A stretch of 64,000 nt of DNA, from positions 44,330,001 to 44,394,000 of the forward strand of contig OZ024741.1 in assembly GCA_964016885.1 (NCBI GenBank), read 5' to 3'. The notes under the pieces are model-generated. The model saw nothing but the letters and a program-made list of their open reading frames with translations, was not told where the DNA came from and did not search any database. Positions 62,205-64,000 of the stretch are shown here, in pieces; position 1 is the stretch's first letter; each line of letters begins with the position of its first letter. The DNA is from Eledone cirrhosa (Eukaryota). Made by a program: the position numbers and the translations under genes.

Positions 62205-63080
62205 ATTCGGACACCCTGCTTCGTTACATAGAGTTACGGCCCTTTACGTTCTGAGTTCAAATCCCGCCGATGTTTGCTTTGCCTTTCATCTTTATAAGCT
62301 CGATAAAATAAAGTACCACTGGGATCGTTTAAGTGATTTCCCCACAAATTTCTGCCCGTGTGCGTATAGTAGAAATAATTATTATTTCGGATACCCTACT
62401 TCGTGGCATAGAGTAACGTCCCATTACGTTCTTTGTTAAAATCCCACCGTTGTTAGCTATGTCTTCAATTCAGTGTTGCACTGGAGTCGATTCAATCGAC
62501 TTTCACCTTAAAAATTGTTAACCGTGAGCCTAAATCAGAAACTATTATTTTAATTATTATTATTACTATTATTGTGATGGTGCTGGATTGGCAGTATCGG
62601 TAGAGGGTCGGACGCCATGCTAGGGTGGTGGATTGGCAGTATCGGTAGAGGGTCGGACGCCATGCTAGGGTGGTGGATTGGCAGTATCGGTAGAGGGTCG
62701 GACGCCATGCTAGGGTGGTGGATTGGCAGTATCGGTAGAGGGTCGGACGCCATGCTAGGGTGGTGGATTGGCAGTATCGGTAGAGGGTCGGACGCCATGC
62801 TAGGGTGGTGGATTGGCAGTATCGGTAGAGGGTCGGACGCCATGCTAGGGTGGTGGATTGGCAGTATCGGTAGAGGGTCGGACGCCATGCTAGGGTGGTG
62901 GATTGGCAGTATCGGTAGAGGGTCGGACGCCATGCTTTCCAGCATAGTTACGTACCTTTATGGTCTGAGTTCAAATCCCGCCGGGGTTAACTTTGCCTTT
63001 TATCCTTACGGGGCCCATAAAATAAAGTACCAGTAATGCACTGGGGTAATTGCAGGCCTTGTGCCTAAAGTAGAAACAAT
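62205..63080 (+). mobile_element. Tandem SINE copies, the last containing a minisatellite
   Basis: TTACGTTCTGAGTTCAAATCCCGCCG...CTTTGCCTTT.ATCC...AAATAAAGTACCA...GGCCTTGTGCCTA. Confidence 0.75.
62582..62936 (+). repeat. 45-bp minisatellite, 8 near-identical copies
   Basis: GGATTGGCAGTATCGGTAGAGGGTCGGACGCCATGCTAGGGTGGT at 62585, 62630 ... 62900. Confidence 0.95.
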
Positions 63081-64000
63081 TATTACTATTATTATTGTTG
63101 TTGAGTCTTTTGAGACGTGTGTACAATCGCTCCGTAAGTTTTAAGTGTGATTTGTTGAAATATTTGTGTTACCACGTGTTAATAGGGTGCTATAGAATGC
63201 CTTCTGTGAACACTGAAAAGAGCCCTGACCAAATTAGACTTCCATGTGCCGTGAAGCTAATGTCCATTATTGAGAGCAAAAATCCTTGCGTCCATCTTCG
63301 CAGGATAACCAGACATTTAAGAGCTGTTTGCTCACAACGGATGATGGAAAACCACAGGGTTTCCTTGCTACTAACAACGTGTCCTCCACAACCACATCAA
63401 CAACAATAACAACAAAGAACAAAAGCAGCAAATGCAGAACGAATAACAGCAGCAAAGTCAGCACAATAACACCAATAGCAGCAACTAAACCACAACCACC
63501 AACGAGTAAACTATCGCATAAACTACCAACTAAACCAAGAGAGTAATTATCCTCTGAATAATTGATTCTTATGAATTCCTTAACTGAGCAAAATTGGTAC
63601 CTGTTGGACTTCCTCATATGTATGTCTATACTTATGTATATATGTATTATATCTTCAGTATATTTGTTAATTACTCCCTTACGGCCGAGTAAAGAATTTG
63701 GCCGAATAATACTGTTATATTATAGCAGCCCTTTCACTTACCATTGTCCACATATCACTGGCCTTCTGTAGGACGTTAATCACGTGATAATTATCCCGTT
63801 CCAAATAGTCACGGGTAGCGGAGTCTGTTGAAACATTTCTTGTTTGAAAATGTTCCACGACGAGTTGAGATTTTCACAACACTTAATTCTGAGCTTTGCT
63901 CAATAAAACTGCAGTATATTTAAACTCAAATTTGGTATGGAATACTCTTTTCTTTCACCCGTCAACCACATACGGATATTATATATATGTATGAGAGAGA

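Noticed and set aside
62550-63036. Repetitive proteins (MASDPLPILPIHHPS)n / (MLGWWIGSIGRGSDA)n
   Set aside because: Translations of a 45-bp minisatellite inside a SINE
63095-63546. ORFs as a host gene or RT fragment
   Set aside because: Only vague RTE-RT resemblance followed by (CAA)n-like low complexity; not enough evidence

Overview
AT-rich eukaryotic DNA saturated with microsatellites and repeats; no intact host gene can be supported. The SINE, LINE and microsatellite content resembles a cephalopod (Octopus-like) genome, which is an inference. Most ORFs in the track are (TA)n/(CA)n artefacts. The real coding remnants are retroelements: Penelope-like elements (PLEs) of Hydra type (22826-23975, 35505-36170, 38461-42590) and Neptune type (42600-44890, 46846-49320), several R4/Dong-like RLE LINEs, CR1-like and RTE-like fragments, and a mariner fragment. 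The main signal is an unusually dense set of type I hammerhead ribozyme (HHR) motifs read directly from the sequence. These include a 310-bp tandem array (about 14.5 copies plus about 3.3 inverted copies, 16641-22130) with one minimal HHR per unit, and a homologous 316-bp family (12810-13640 and 46580-46846) whose HHR has the compensatory U3-A8 core (UUGAUAA). A 340-bp HHR family and HHRs in PLE terminal repeats are also present. Together this looks like a set of non-autonomous, retrozyme-like elements, plausibly producing circular RNAs and mobilised by the co-located PLEs into (TA)n tracts. All ribozyme calls come from manual folding and are not experimentally validated.
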